A stretch of DNA of 64,000 nucleotides, taken from contig NC_068999.1 of the NCBI RefSeq assembly GCF_001194135.2, positions 13,937,936 through 14,001,935 on the forward strand, written 5' to 3'. Each line of letters begins with the position of its first letter. The first letter of the stretch is position 1. The notes below the pieces were generated by a model. That model saw only the letters and a program-made list of their open reading frames with translations. It made no database searches and was not told the origin of the DNA. Both the position numbers and the translations under genes were made by a program. The stretch is from Octopus bimaculoides. Taxonomy: Eukaryota. Shown piece after piece: positions 40,452-53,701 of this stretch.

Positions 40452-40900
40452 ACTGATTGGCAGAAATGATATTACACCGAGTGAAATATTTAGCGCTATT
40501 TCATCTGCCGCTGCGTTCAGAGTTCAAATTCCGCGGAGGTCGACATTGCCTTTCTTCCTTTCCGGTTCGATGAATTAAGTACCAGTCAAGTACTGAGGTC
40601 GATGTGATCGACTGACCTTTTCCCCGCAAAAATCCAGGCGTTATGACTGTCGTAGAAAGGACTATAATCATTATTAGGGCGGCAGACTGGCAGGATCGTC
40701 AGCATGTGGGGCGAAATGCCTAGCGAAATTTCGTCCGTCTTTACGTTCTAAGTTCGAATTCCACCCAGGTTGACTTTTTCTTTCATACTTTCAGTGTCGG
40801 CAAAATAAGTACCAGTTGAACACTGTGGTTGATATCATGGAATTACACTTAATTACGAACTTTCTGGCCTGGTGCGAACATTAGAAATCAGTAATATCAT
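40452..40900 (+). mobile_element. Two tandem tRNA-derived SINE copies (40452-40675 and 40676-40900)
   Basis: Each has a CTGGCAG/TTGGCAG head, a B-box-like GAGTTCAAATTCC or AAGTTCGAATTCC, and the AAGTACCAGT core. Confidence 0.8.
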
Positions 40901-43009
40901 TATTGTTGTTGTTGATATTGTTGTAATAATTTTGTTATCATTATTTACATTCGAAACCGGTCGTAGCTCTATTTTCTCTGTACATGCATCAATTTCATTT
41001 AATTTGTACTAGATTCCAAAAGGTTTAGTACATATGTGCATGTGCACGTTAACGCTGTTTTCCTTTCATCAATCAAGTTGGCGTTTGTGATACACCGTTA
41101 GACAATTTAGCCTCCTTCATTTGAAATATAGTCGACTACTCTTCAAGATTTTGAGTGTCTTTGCCTCCAATATCATTTTAAAAGTATTACATTTCTGTTC
41201 TGAAGTTGCTACTCTCAGCGGTATGCTGACATCATAATTACAGCTAATTTTCAAATATTTTGACATGTAAATTTGTAAATATCGTTCTTCAAAGAATCTA
41301 CTTTAGTTTTCTTCATGTTGTCATTACACGATTTCTGTTATTTCAAGTGATTTATTATTGTTATTCATGTTTATATTTAATGTTTCTTTAATTATTTCTT
41401 TTTGATTTCTTGCATTGATGCATTATTCACTGAATAATCTTTATCTAAGTTCATTCTTTGGAATTGGGAAGCCATATAAATATTCACCTCGGGGATCTCT
41501 ATCTCGCTCGTTAGAAAATTTAGTTTGTTTTCGTTATATACATGTGTAGGAATTAAAGGAACTTTTATTTATATGCGTTTTGGTCCATTTATTAGTATTA
41601 TCCATGTATATATATATATATATATNNNNNNNNNNNNNNNNNNNNNNNNNNNNNNNNNNNNNNNNNNNNNNNNNNNNNNNNNNNNNNNNNNNNNNNNNNN
41701 NNNNNNNNNNNNNNNNNNNNNNNNNNNNNNNNNNNNNNNNNNNNNNNNNNNNNNNNNNNNNNNNNNNNNNNNNNNNNNNNNNNNNNNNNNNNNNNNNNNN
41801 NNNNNNNNNNNNNNNNNNNNNNNNNNNNNNNNNNNNNNNNNNNNNNNNNNNNNNNNNNNNNNNNNNNNNNNNNNNNNNNNNNNNNNNNNNNNNNNNNNNN
41901 NNNNNNNNNNNNNNNNNNNNNNNNNNNNNNNNNNNNNNNNNNNNNNNNNNNNNNNNNNNNNNNNNNNNNNNNNNNNNNNNNNNNNNNNNNNNNNNNNNNN
42001 NNNNNNNNNNNNNNNNNNNNNNNNNNNNNNNNNNNNNNNNNNNNNNNNNNNNNNNNNNNNNNNNNNNNNNNNNNNNNNNNNNNNNNNNNNNNNNNNNNNN
42101 NNNNNNNNNNNNNNNNNNNNNNNNNNNNNNNNNNNNNNNNNNNNNNNNNNNNNNNNNNNNNNNNNNNNNNNNNNNNNNNNNNNNNNNNNNNNNNNNNNNN
42201 NNNNNNNNNNNNNNNNNNNNNNNNNNNNNNNNNNNNNNNNNNNNNNNNNNNNNNNNNNNNNNNNNNNNNNNNNNNNNNNNNNNNNNNNNNNNNNNNNNNN
42301 NNNNNNNNNNNNNNNNNNNNNNNNNNNNNNNNNNNNNNNNNNNNNNNNNNNNNNNNNNNNNNNNNNNNNNNNNNNNNNNNNNNNNNNNNNNNNNNNNNNN
42401 NNNNNNNNNNNNNNNNNNNNNNNNNNNNNNNNNNNNNNNNNNNNNNNNNNNNNNNNNNNNNNNNNNNNNNNNNNNNNNNNNNNNNNNNNNNNNNNNNTAT
42501 ATATATATTTAAACTTTAACCTATGATCCCACACTGGTGAAATTAGTACATGGTTCCACCTTCTAAAACCCCAAAATCATTTTCTTTCCTACAATTCGAC
42601 ATAATTAATTACTACTTTTCTATTTCTTTTCGATTACTTTTTTTTGTGATAAAAAATGGTTGGTTTACATATGTTCAGATGATATTCCTCGTTGTTGTTT
42701 TGAAAGTTCACACCATTCGTTTTGTATTCTCGTTTTTTTCAAGTTTACATCTATCAGGATTAATTTCTATGCACGTTACCGTTACAGTGTTAATGATGTA
42801 TACTTTGAAATTAGCTGAGAATTCAGGATCCGCCTTAATATCTTACAGATACGTGTTTACGTTCAATATGGAAATAGTCAATGACCATTCTAACGAATAA
42901 CCTCATAGAAACGAGCAAGTATATTGATTTGAATGTAAAACCAAACGCATTAATCAATTTTCAAAGTGCTTCTAAATTTTGTATGGCATGTAACTCGTTC
43001 ATTTCCGTA

Positions 43010-43330
43010 TCATGTTTTTGTTCTCGGTGACTCGCATGAAGAATCAAAATTGAGCATCTTTTCGGAAGACTGAAATTGTATCGATCCGATGAACTTCCAG
43101 GTTGGGCACAACATATGAAAATATAAAAAAAGGGAATATGAATGCTTCATTGAAAGCAAAAGTTGTTCTATAGCTTTCACATTTGTTAATCCTGCCTCAA
43201 TCATTGGTTTTTGCTTGGCAACTCCCAAAGTTTCTGCAATAATTTCGGTAATACATATGTGCGTGGCTACAGAGATCTTCCTTGTTGAGGGAATCTTAGA
43301 TTGAATGCAACATGAATCTGAGCGAGGTCA
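43010..43330 (-). mobile_element. Possible highly decayed mariner HTH fragment
   Basis: Minus strand GRS...TEIIAETLGVAKQ resembles the mariner second HTH. Little other support. Confidence 0.3.
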
Positions 43331-44127
43331 GTTGATGATAAACAGGACTGCTGTAGTAAATATAAAGGCAAGGTCTCAGACTTGCTGGACTCGATGTAAA
43401 ATCTCACAATTGCATAAAAGGGGGACCATCACAACATAACTAACCTAATGTCACTATATTCTTTCCGGAGGCTTACGTAATAATGATCTTTACGTCAACT
43501 TCCTACGATTTAATCTCAAAGGCAAGGCGTATATCATAAGTCATATGACATTACATCTGACACATCCACAGTTGTCACCCTTTATCGAGGACGTATTCAT
43601 TTTCGTCGTGATCATTGACAAGAAAAACTCGTTCAAATGGAAGCATTCGAAATACAGATGAGCACACACAGAGATTCAATTGAGATGTTTAAACAATGCT
43701 TCATATTCAACAGAGTTCTGCTAGGCATTTGAAAACATTTCGAAGATTTCAGAATACTCTCCTTAACAACGAATTTTATATGCGTGACGCCATCAAATGA
43801 AGCACTATAGTAATACCTTCAGTATTTCAGTTACTTCTCAGGGACAATTCTGGAATGCAATCGCAATGTTGATATCAACATATTTGGAACTAAATTGAAC
43901 CACATTATGAATGATTCGTGATAATATGTTTGTTACCATGGATGATTCATAGGAATACATTTGTTATTTAGAATACAGTTAGATCTGAGTAACCAAACTT
44001 ATGCTGTATGATCCCGCTCGTTGTAGTAAATTTACACTATAGACTAATCTTAAACTTGCAGATTGAATTATAGAATAACATTTTTCTTGATGGATGAGAT
44101 TTAATGCCAGAAATAGTATAAATATTG

Positions 44128-44335
44128 GTCTCTAATGTTGGTTCAAGGCTACCAATTTCCTCAAGGGGTTAAGTCGATTGTATCGACCCCATTGCTCAAA
44201 TGATACTTATTTTATTGACTCCCAAAAGATGAAGGGCAGAGTCCACCTAGGCGGAATTTGAACTCGGAAAGTAAAGACATACTAAATACCACTAAGTGTT
44301 TTTCTCAGCGTGCTAGAGTTTCTGATAGTTGACTC
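44128..44335 (-). mobile_element. tRNA-derived SINE, near full length
   Basis: TTAAGTCGATTGTATCGACCCC...GATGAAGGGCAGAGTCCACCTAGGCGGAATTTGAACTC is the reverse complement of the SINE core. Confidence 0.8.
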
Positions 44336-45051
44336 AGAGACAGTATAAATGAGGATTTCATTTTTTTTAGCCCAGACCTGGCAATTTCGATACCTTAGAA
44401 TTAATATAAACAGTATGCTATACATGTCAGACAGGAATGATCGAACACAGATTATACATTAGCATTATACAAGACGTTGTTCATAAATATAGTTCGTACT
44501 AATGTAGGATTGTATGTTTTGACTGTATGTGGGTTGGTGAAATTAACATTTGCAAGAATCTGTGGGTGTTTTAAATATGACATTTTAATTATGAAGTTTA
44601 TTCAAATGGTTTTAACTTTAAGTAATGGTTAAATGGACTATTGTATAATTGCTATTAAATGCTAAACTGAATACCTAACAAATTTCATTTAATTGAAATT
44701 TCCAGATGTACTATTCTATTCGTAGATTTAGTTATATTCTTTTTAATAGGTCAATATACGTCATCAAGAAATGTAGCTATATCATTAAAGTATGGCATTT
44801 CTCATTAGAAGAATACATGCAGTACATTTTTTCCTGTTATGAAAGGCATTTACTATTGACAGAGTTCAATCGAAATGAATGAATATTAGTTCTTCGAAAT
44901 ATATATATATATATATATAATGTGGGTGTACGTTTGTGTGTGTAGCGGCATTTTGTCTGTCATTCTGATGTTGGAATTGGACACAGGATCAACAACTTTG
45001 TAGATGAAAATGTTTACATCCACTCCTGTGCTTCGCATGTTCTTATTTTTA

Positions 45052-45152
45052 CAATACCGAATGATGAAAGGCAATTTCGACTTCGCGGAATGTGATCTCA
45101 CAATGTAAGAATGCACAAAGTATTCCTAATCCTTTCCGCCTGTGAGCTAACT
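45052..45152 (-). mobile_element. 5' half of the tRNA-derived SINE
   Basis: GATGAAAGGCAATTTCGACTTCGCGGAATGTGATCTCACAATGTAAG...CCGCCTGTGAGCTAAC. Confidence 0.6.
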
Positions 45153-46005
45153 ATTCTGCCAACCCGTTTCCTTATTAAATATCATATATAAAAATTTAAT
45201 AATAATTTCCATGATACCTACTAAACTATATTCGTGTGAAATCATTAGATTCCAAATATGAATGTGGCACTGGTATATACTTGTATAACATTTAAAATCA
45301 AAATATAATATTATGTTTATGATAATAAACATATTGGAAACAATTCATTTAAATTTTGATAGGGATTTCTTTTATCTTGATAAATAATTTTTCCCTACAA
45401 TAGCTTTTTATGTAACTTGTATTTCATTTGATATTAGATACCAAAGAGTATTTGTATTTAAAATTAATGGTTAACTTTGGAGTTTTGAAATATTTTTTGT
45501 TAGATACTTTAGCAAAGAGCTTCTTACGCCTGAACTACATTTCGATTTCTAATGCAAACTAAAATCCGTTCATGTGTGCTTAGGAACCATTATGTATTAC
45601 GACTTTGTTGCATCGTAGAGTGCATGAAAATTTGAAACTTACAAAATGAAATGAAATGACGAGCAGCTATGACTGTTAGTAACATGTTGGCATGAATTCG
45701 AACAGCTAACCCATACATAGTATTAATCACGGAACCTAAAGATGACATAATAAGTACTATGCAATCGTTCATAGATCTACAAGCACAAAAAAAACATACC
45801 TACACACATATTTGGTACTCATATAAAACTTTAAAATTAACTTAAATATATTCACGTAAAAATTCTTATCGGATAAACGAACGATTCCCAAGGGTATTCG
45901 ATCCACATATTCCGTAGTCACAATCGGCGATCTTCCATTGCACCGTATCAATCATTCAAAATTCTGTATCCACTTTCGAAACTTTATTCTTACCAGACAT
46001 AATTG

Positions 46006-46800
46006 TAGGGGGGTCTGATGAATAAGTATCCGGACTGTTTTCATAGCAAGGAAGCTACAGCACGGTGTGGGAAACTACTTGACACGGATTGACCTGCCCG
46101 AACACTCGTGTGCATGTGCACTGATTTTAATGTACTAGCTCATTTCTGCTGTTTTACAGTAGTGCTTGGAAGGAAGGAAGGTATGTAGCATTTGACCGTC
46201 GCATTGACCATCACAGAGGAAGTTATCATGGTGATGCCTGCTTAGAAGCCAACCCAGAGTTGCAGAAAGTGTATGGAGAGGAATGTATGATCCACATACA
46301 CATGTACGAGTGGTTGAGACGCTTCCAAGATGGCCGAAAATTGTCGATATTCACGAATGTTTCTGAGAGACCTGCAATCAGTAGAACAGAGAGAAACATC
46401 GCAGATATGCGAGCAGCTGTTAGGAGAAATCGTCGAATCATCATCCGTGATTTATCAGAGTCTGTGCAGATTAGTTGCGGTTCGGTTCAGTCCATTATCA
46501 CTAAAGATTTGAGTATGTGAAGCGTGCTTACCAAGTTTGCTCCGAATGCCCTTTCAGCTGACCTAAAGACATTTGGGTTTCAGCTGCATAATATCTTCTT
46601 CATTGTGCCCAGAACAAAGAAAACTTATTGAAAACTTTGCGTAGTTTCTGAGCAGGTATCGACGAGCTTTTTGCAAAAGCCGATGAATTCAACTTCCATG
46701 GTCAATGCGACGATCACAGGTAACACACTTTCCATCTAAGCACTGTTGTAAACAGCGCAAGGTGAGCTACAACGTTAAAAATTAGTGCACCTGCACTATA
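46006..46800 (+). mobile_element. Mariner-family relic with an inverted second copy of its own 5' region
   Basis: TIR-like GGGTCTGATGAATAAGTATCCGGACTG, then LQKVYGEECM..YEWLRRFQDGR..SERPAISRTERNIADMRAAVRRNRRIIIRDLSE..SVQSIITKDLSM (paired HTH). 46632-46797 is the reverse complement of the 46107-46270 region. Confidence 0.85.
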
Positions 46801-49800
46801 TATTTCAAAATTTATCTTTGCCAAGGAGTTCCACTCTGTATGCTTTAGCTTTGTTACTACATCATCAATCTGGATACATAAGCATCATACCAGGTATGCT
46901 GCTGACGTCATAACCTTTTTAAAAACATTCTAGAGTTCATGAATGCTTTATTTTTCTAAACGTAGAAGCAAAAACATAAAATTACAAATAATACAATTGG
47001 TTGGAATTCACTCTAGATGGAAAATTATCAGGCAGTCTGTAGAAAAGCTATATATAGTTTTATCTTTGTTATTCAGGAATTATTCCACATTCACTTGAAT
47101 GTTGATACAATTTTTTTGCTGCCAACAATATTAGGCCAGTTTTAGATTATGAGACAGCCTTATGGTTACATCAATTTTTTTCCATGCTAAACTTCCTTCA
47201 TGCTGTTCTCTATTTAGATTATTTAGATTAGTTTTAATCATTAAATTTATGATTGAATTTTCGATGAATTTGTCTCATTTCAGAATATAACGTTATGTGA
47301 AATTCATTTAAGTGATATTTCAAGAATTGCGGAAATCATGTGACTCTTTTAGTGTCACCTGATTCCCTTAGCTAATTTAAGCTTATTCTTCTTAGTCAGT
47401 ATACTACTGGCCTCTCAATATATGTATATCTTGAAAACACATTGAACACAGTATATAGTATAAGCATATTTTTATTTCATAACTTACTGAGCAGATCGTT
47501 AAACAAATAAGATTCAAATTAATATTTCATGTTTTTTTTTTGTTTTTTTGTTTGTTTTTTTTTGTTTTTTACTACGGAATCTTTGAGTTCATTTGGTGCA
47601 AAGCTCTTTTGCGAATATACGTGGTTCAAATATCTTCCATATATTTGTAGATAAATTGTATCTTATGGCATGATCTACTTCTCTTCCTTCATTTTGCAAA
47701 GAGAAATTGAAAATGTCAGAACAAATACCATCCTTAGTTTATTATCTCAAGGAACAAGTTATTCATCTTTCTCTTGATACCTGGTCGTTACTCTAGACAT
47801 TTGAAATACTATAGCTGCCCTGTTTTCTATTTATATTGTCATTGCTATTTATTCAATGAAAATACAGCATATGCGATTTGAATTTCCATCTGACATCTCA
47901 CATCTGTACATAAAGAACGAGATATGTTCTCCATTTGCGTAAGCAATTATCCAGTTGTGTAAATGTATGCTGACACAAGCGCATGTATATATTGTACAAA
48001 TAAATATAAAGTTCTTTGAAGGACTTAATGTATATTTCACAGGTCACATATTACGTAAAACTCAGAGTGAATGGAAGAGGTTGTTACTTAATCTCATCAA
48101 GAATACGTCCACTTACCCAACATATCTATATTTATGTCACATGATATTTGTGCTCTGTCATATCAAAGCGTGCTTTGAAATGATGTGATGCGACAAATAC
48201 AACATGCTAAATTGCCGGTCCTCGACCATTTCATATATTGTGAAATGGCTATAGGCAGTAGCAGTGCATTACATAACTATTGTTAATTTTGAAATACAGT
48301 GGAAGAAGTTACGGCGCTGGCATAAAAGTGTTGTGTTGGCTATGCGAAATGTGATGAATGCCGTACGCTAAAACGATTCTTGAAATATACAATCGACCGA
48401 GCCATGTAATTGTAAAACACAAAATTCTGTAGATATGGAATCAAAGCTATGAATAAAACTAGCTTAATATTATATGGACAACCTTGTTGCACAAACAATG
48501 AAATAAACTAGAAATAAACTAGAAATTGGTCATTTAATTCAAATTTAATACGAATTTTCCATGCAAATTTTAAGTTGAAAATGTGAATAACCTCATAGTA
48601 TATCTTTATGTAACACGTGATTATGTGTACGCACATACAAGTAGATATATACCCAATACCTACAATGAATTATCTATAACTAACATAGACAGCTACTAAA
48701 TTATAGATTAAACTAACATTTAAGCATTCCTTCAAGGATTAATCCCTCGTTACAAATGTACAAATGCATTGGAGGCAAACATGGTGTTTATTTGTCTACA
48801 ATGTGGTAAATACGTGGTGCTGGCTTCATATCCTATTAAATTAATCTAATTAAAAACGCATATAAACTTTAGTTATTGCAGGTATTTTATGCACTGTGAT
48901 CTATGCAAGTTTTCTGTGCATATCTTTTATGACATATGTATGCATCTGTATTTTTTGTATATGTGCTTGTGAATGTAATCGACTAAGACCAACTCATTCA
49001 AAGTTCAAATCTAGAACTTGATTTTTAACGAAAATTTAAATATTCCTTTTACAGTAGATATATTAACTACGAAAAGACCTACAATTATGCTGACACCAAT
49101 TTCTGTTGTCGTAATATATACATCTTGAAATGATTACTGAAATCCCACTGGCCAAAATTGTTTGCATTAGCTCTGACTTGAATTAGCTTTGATACAATGA
49201 CATGCTCGGCGATTCCAATAAAATTTTTAAATTACACAGAGTGAATCAAAACTAATTCACAATTCATGTGCATCGAATTTATTTCCAATGTGTCAATGGA
49301 ACGAAATAAATAGTTATCACGAGATGAGTTAGTAGCTGTATAACGAGAATAATTCTGGAAAAGATCTCCCATTTAATTTCCTGTTTCCACGCATTCATTG
49401 ACGAAGATCTGAGGTGAGAAATCATAACTATTGTCGTAGAGCCACATCATTATACGTCGGTTTTATGAGCGAAGAAAACCATTAAATAACAGAAAATATT
49501 GAAATAAAATATAAAATATGCAGTTGTAAGTGCATTTGATCATCTCATGAACGATTGTCATTTTGAAAACGTGTATGCTTTTCTAAAAAAGAGGATCGAA
49601 GAGAAAAAGAAACTCATTTGCTGTATACGTAATGTTGTGAGAAATGAGTTCTGTTATCAACGTAATCACTCCTTGGAAAATCTGAACAAATAAATAAATA
49701 ATTAAATAATAAACATTCATTCTTAACGGATACATCTACTATTGCAACTAAATGTATTGTATCACTATTTGTAATTAATGTTTAAAATAAAAAAATTATA

Positions 49801-50239
49801 TACTACACAAATGGAGACAAATTTTTATAAGATTTTATATACAACAGGAAAACAAATATTTTGTTTGCTTGTTTGGGGTACTGGATTTTTGTATGCGTAG
49901 ATCTTAACCAAATATAGATATTTTATAAACTAAGTACATTCTTGAAATGTAGCACTTAAGCGTTTATTATATCATCATTAAAATTAGCATCCCACAAAAA
50001 AATAACAAAATTAAGTCGTGGTTATATTATTTGGAAACATTTCTTATATTCTCGGTTGATTTTGTTATCTATGATTATTTGTTCTAAACTTTATGCAAAG
50101 GACAAATATTATAACTAAAATTAATGTTATAATCTCCATCCATTTCTCCATTTGATGTAAAAGGAAATGAATTTTCTCTTTCATACAGTGCGTTATTAAA
50201 AAATATGTATCTTTATATCTTAGAATAAGTGTTGAATAA

Positions 50240-50450
50240 GTCGCTGAGATGGTGGAATCGTTAGCACATTGGGCAAAAGTTCAGCGGCATTTCATATGTT
50301 GTTACGTTCTGATTTCAAATTCCAAGGAGGTAGACTTTGACTTACATCTATTCGTGGTTGATAAAATCACTACTAGTTGAGCACTGGGATGGATGTTATT
50401 AACCCTTCTGCAAATTTGCTCACCCTATTCCAAGATTTTGAAACAATATA
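50240..50450 (+). mobile_element. tRNA-derived SINE
   Basis: GCTGAGATGGTGGAATCGTTAGCAC...CAGCGGCATTTC...TTACGTTCTGATTTCAAATTCC...GAGCACTGGG. Confidence 0.75.
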
Positions 50451-51559
50451 AGCCATATGTTTATTTGTCAATATTTGGACGTATAAAACATCATAGTGTT
50501 ATATATGACATTAAATACATATTTAAAGTCTATATGAAGTGAATATGAAAGCAATAAAACATTAACGATCTCCGAGGTACCTCAGGTTAGAATATATTTC
50601 TGATATAAATGATCATCATCTCAATTTTTACATCATTATAACAGAGGTTGCTCTGAACTAGGGCTCTGTTACAGGGGAGGTTTAGAGTTCACGGTGATCC
50701 TATATTTTGAAAACATGTTAAGAATTTACAAAATTCTAACATAGTAAATTTCCTAGATTGACATGATATTGCAATATAAGTAGATGAACTACAATTGTTT
50801 TTTTAAATCGTTATACATAAAACACTATCATTTCTTCTGAAAGGCAAAGAAAATCTAAATAATCATAACAGGAAATGAAAGCAACGCTATATAATTATAT
50901 CCCACAAAAATGTAAATGCAAACAATATGGAATTGGTCGGTATACGAAGTTCTATCTTATAAATCCAAATTTCCGTAGTTAAAACAGTATAGATGTTTAC
51001 GTTTGTAGTGGAGAGAACGTCTAACATAGTAGTTCTGTGTGTAAAAAAAATGTGTATACATAAGATTGGGGGATTCAATCAGAACTTCAGGATCATTTCA
51101 GTTATTTGTTGTGAAACAGTCAATATTTTTTTGCCGCATCATATATAACCCAGTCACTATCCGAGTCCAATGCATTTTCACCGTATTATCAGATAAGACC
51201 GACAAATGCAAATGAGATCATATCATTCATCATATATTTTAGGTTTCTTTGGACAATTAATTAATGACAGATAATAAAACAAATAAAAATAAAAATATAT
51301 ATGTGCATATATGTATGTGAATACATATGTATGTATATATAATAATTTATAGATACTTATGTATATGTATGTGTGTATGTGTGAATATATGTATATATAA
51401 ATATGTATGTATGTACCTACATATGTATGCATATATGTGTGTGTATGTGTGTGTGTGTACCTATATGTATATATTTGGAGAAATATATATGTGTGAAGAT
51501 TTATCCTCAAAGAGCTAAGATTGAGTAAAGAACATTTTAGAAAGTCGAAAGACACTAAC

Positions 51560-53350
51560 CATTGGAAAGAGATTTCACAAAATCTGTGTAGGCTTTGCTT
51601 TTATAGATGTGCAAGCCCTTTTAGTTATTAACGATTTCAAGCATCCAGAAATCTTATGAAACGTTCTCCTTATACCTTCCGAAAAAAGGTCGTTGTTTTC
51701 ATTTATTTTATGAAGAAGGAACATTGTAAACTTTCCTAGTACACAAGAGTCCAAATGATTGCTACATGTTATGCATCTAAGTTCGGGAAGTTTCATGTGA
51801 TGTCTACGTAACTTTAGATGGTTGGTTAATTTCACTTTTGTTTCCCTAATATAATGTTCGTTGCATGTTATACAACATATCAGGTTTCTGCTTTTGCTGT
51901 TCATATTTTCATTCACCTTTAATACTCTTCCATTCTTGAATTGCTTGGCTAGTGCCTGTTCTATTTAATCACATATCCCACATCGGGGGTTTTCACATTC
52001 GGTAACTTGCATCATTTCTTCCTTTGGTCAGACGTTTCTTAAGTGTTGGTGGTTGCATTCAGTTGTTGCTTATTTGTCGTTCTTTGATTATTTGTAGAAG
52101 ACATGGGGACTGGTGTTGAATTGGTAGAAGGCATTTCATTGTTTGTAGAATATTGTGGTTCTTGGGATTGTGAGTGTTAACCGATAGGATACTTCTATGT
52201 TTAGTTTTCCGTTTATCCTCTGTGTGTGTGGTTTTTATTCTCAGTGTAGAGATAGGGATATGTTTAGCACCAGTTATCGCTTGGTCTATTAGTTTTGTGG
52301 TGCATTTTAATATTTGAAGGAATGTTCCACAGGTTACAGTCAAGTAACTGAGAAGCAATTTTGTTATTGATCAAATATTTGCTGTCGACGCTATGTAGTT
52401 ATAGCCGACTACTCTACCAGTAGCTGAGACATCATCCTCGTCCTTTTTCGATTTTCACCTGGAATGAATGTGAGTGGGCATCAGAAATGGAGGACTGTGG
52501 GATCGAATACGCGGAGTGCAGCGAGCTGTGTGACTCTGAATGTCTGCATTTGATCAAAGTCTGAAATCTTGGTGCTGAGTAGAATTGCTATAGACTGGCC
52601 GCCAAGATCAGAACCAGTGATAGTGTGGCCGTGTGCAGTCAGGAACAATCGTCCCAAATCATTTGGTTGAGTGGAGGTCAGGGTTTTTGCAACTGAGATT
52701 ACTATGGCATCTGCCATAAGCAGCTAGGGACTTTCTTGATCTTTAGAGGGATATTCTGAAGGCGGTGAAGCCTGCCAATGCTGACCAGCAAGGATTGTGT
52801 ACCGGGCAAGCAATCTCCTTCGTTTGGGGGTGTATAGCTGCAGGTGCGAAGTTGAAAGGAAGAAGCAGCTGCATCACCTCCTTTTTGAGAGACGATTCGT
52901 AGCCCGTCGTGTCAGGTCGATGCCAGATTTATTTTAGAAACAACCACACGCTGAACAAGCCCATCCTGCCTCTCTTCTGCCTGTTGATGATGGAACGCCT
53001 ACTGCAGGTATTTCCCTGCAAGGATAAGGCATTAGGCGTAAAGTTGGACATTGGAACATTCTTTGGTAAGCTGAGTGTTGCTTACTTTTAGGGCAGAGTC
53101 ACTGAGTGGCATAGAGAAAATGACTGTGGGTTTGGGTTACATTGCTGATGTCGTGATAGCTGATAGATTGAGGAAACCAGAAGTTTGAAGTTTGTGGAAA
53201 TCTGTGTAAAATATTGAAGTGGTTATTGTGTTTGCGCGTTGATATCCTTGCATGTATATCCTGAGCACTGTTTCATTGATGGTTCTATGAAAAAGGACGA
53301 ATCGAAGAGAAAATGGAAATTTGAGGTTAGTAAAAATGAATAGATTCAAG
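51560..53350 (-). mobile_element. Decayed Penelope-like retroelement: RT region and GIY-YIG endonuclease
   Basis: 51575-51916 reads SKSRNLICCITCNEHYIRETKVKLTNHLKLRRHH...CSNHLDSC, a GIY-YIG with PLE Cys/His motifs. LIDQAITGAKHIPISTLR is the RT C-terminus. Extension beyond 52400 rests on weaker similarity. Confidence 0.75.
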
Positions 53351-53564
53351 TACAATGAATAGAAAGAAGCAAAACGTAGGGAAAAAGAAGTACAAAAATG
53401 AATATAAGCACAATGGAGAGAGATATACAAATCTCAGAGAAAGGAGATTTCAGATACTGGAATTCTGCCCACTTTTTTTCTATTTTCTCCCTTTTATTTT
53501 CCACGTGTTAATCAAGATATGGAGTCATTTTATCTACACATATAAAACAATCTGGTTATATATG

Positions 53565-53596
<32 letters not shown>

Positions 53597-53624
53597 CATT
53601 ATTATTATTATTATTATTATTATT

Positions 53625-53701
53625 CACCTCACTGCCTAGAATCGAACTCGGACTCTTGGATTTAGTAGCTGCAAAAGTTCGTCAACCTTCCGTTACACCG
53701 C
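53625..53701 (-). mobile_element. Short tRNA-like SINE with (ATT)n-type tail
   Basis: Reverse complement contains B-box GAGTTCGATTCT and directly abuts the triplet tract at 53563-53624. Confidence 0.55.

Noticed and set aside
174-42534. Long ORFs containing X runs and YIYI, HTHT or CVCV repeats
   Set aside because: They are read-through of N gaps and dinucleotide microsatellites.
44983-45003. LELDTGS protease-like motif
   Set aside because: A stop follows almost immediately, there is no flanking pol similarity, and it lies among SINE fragments.
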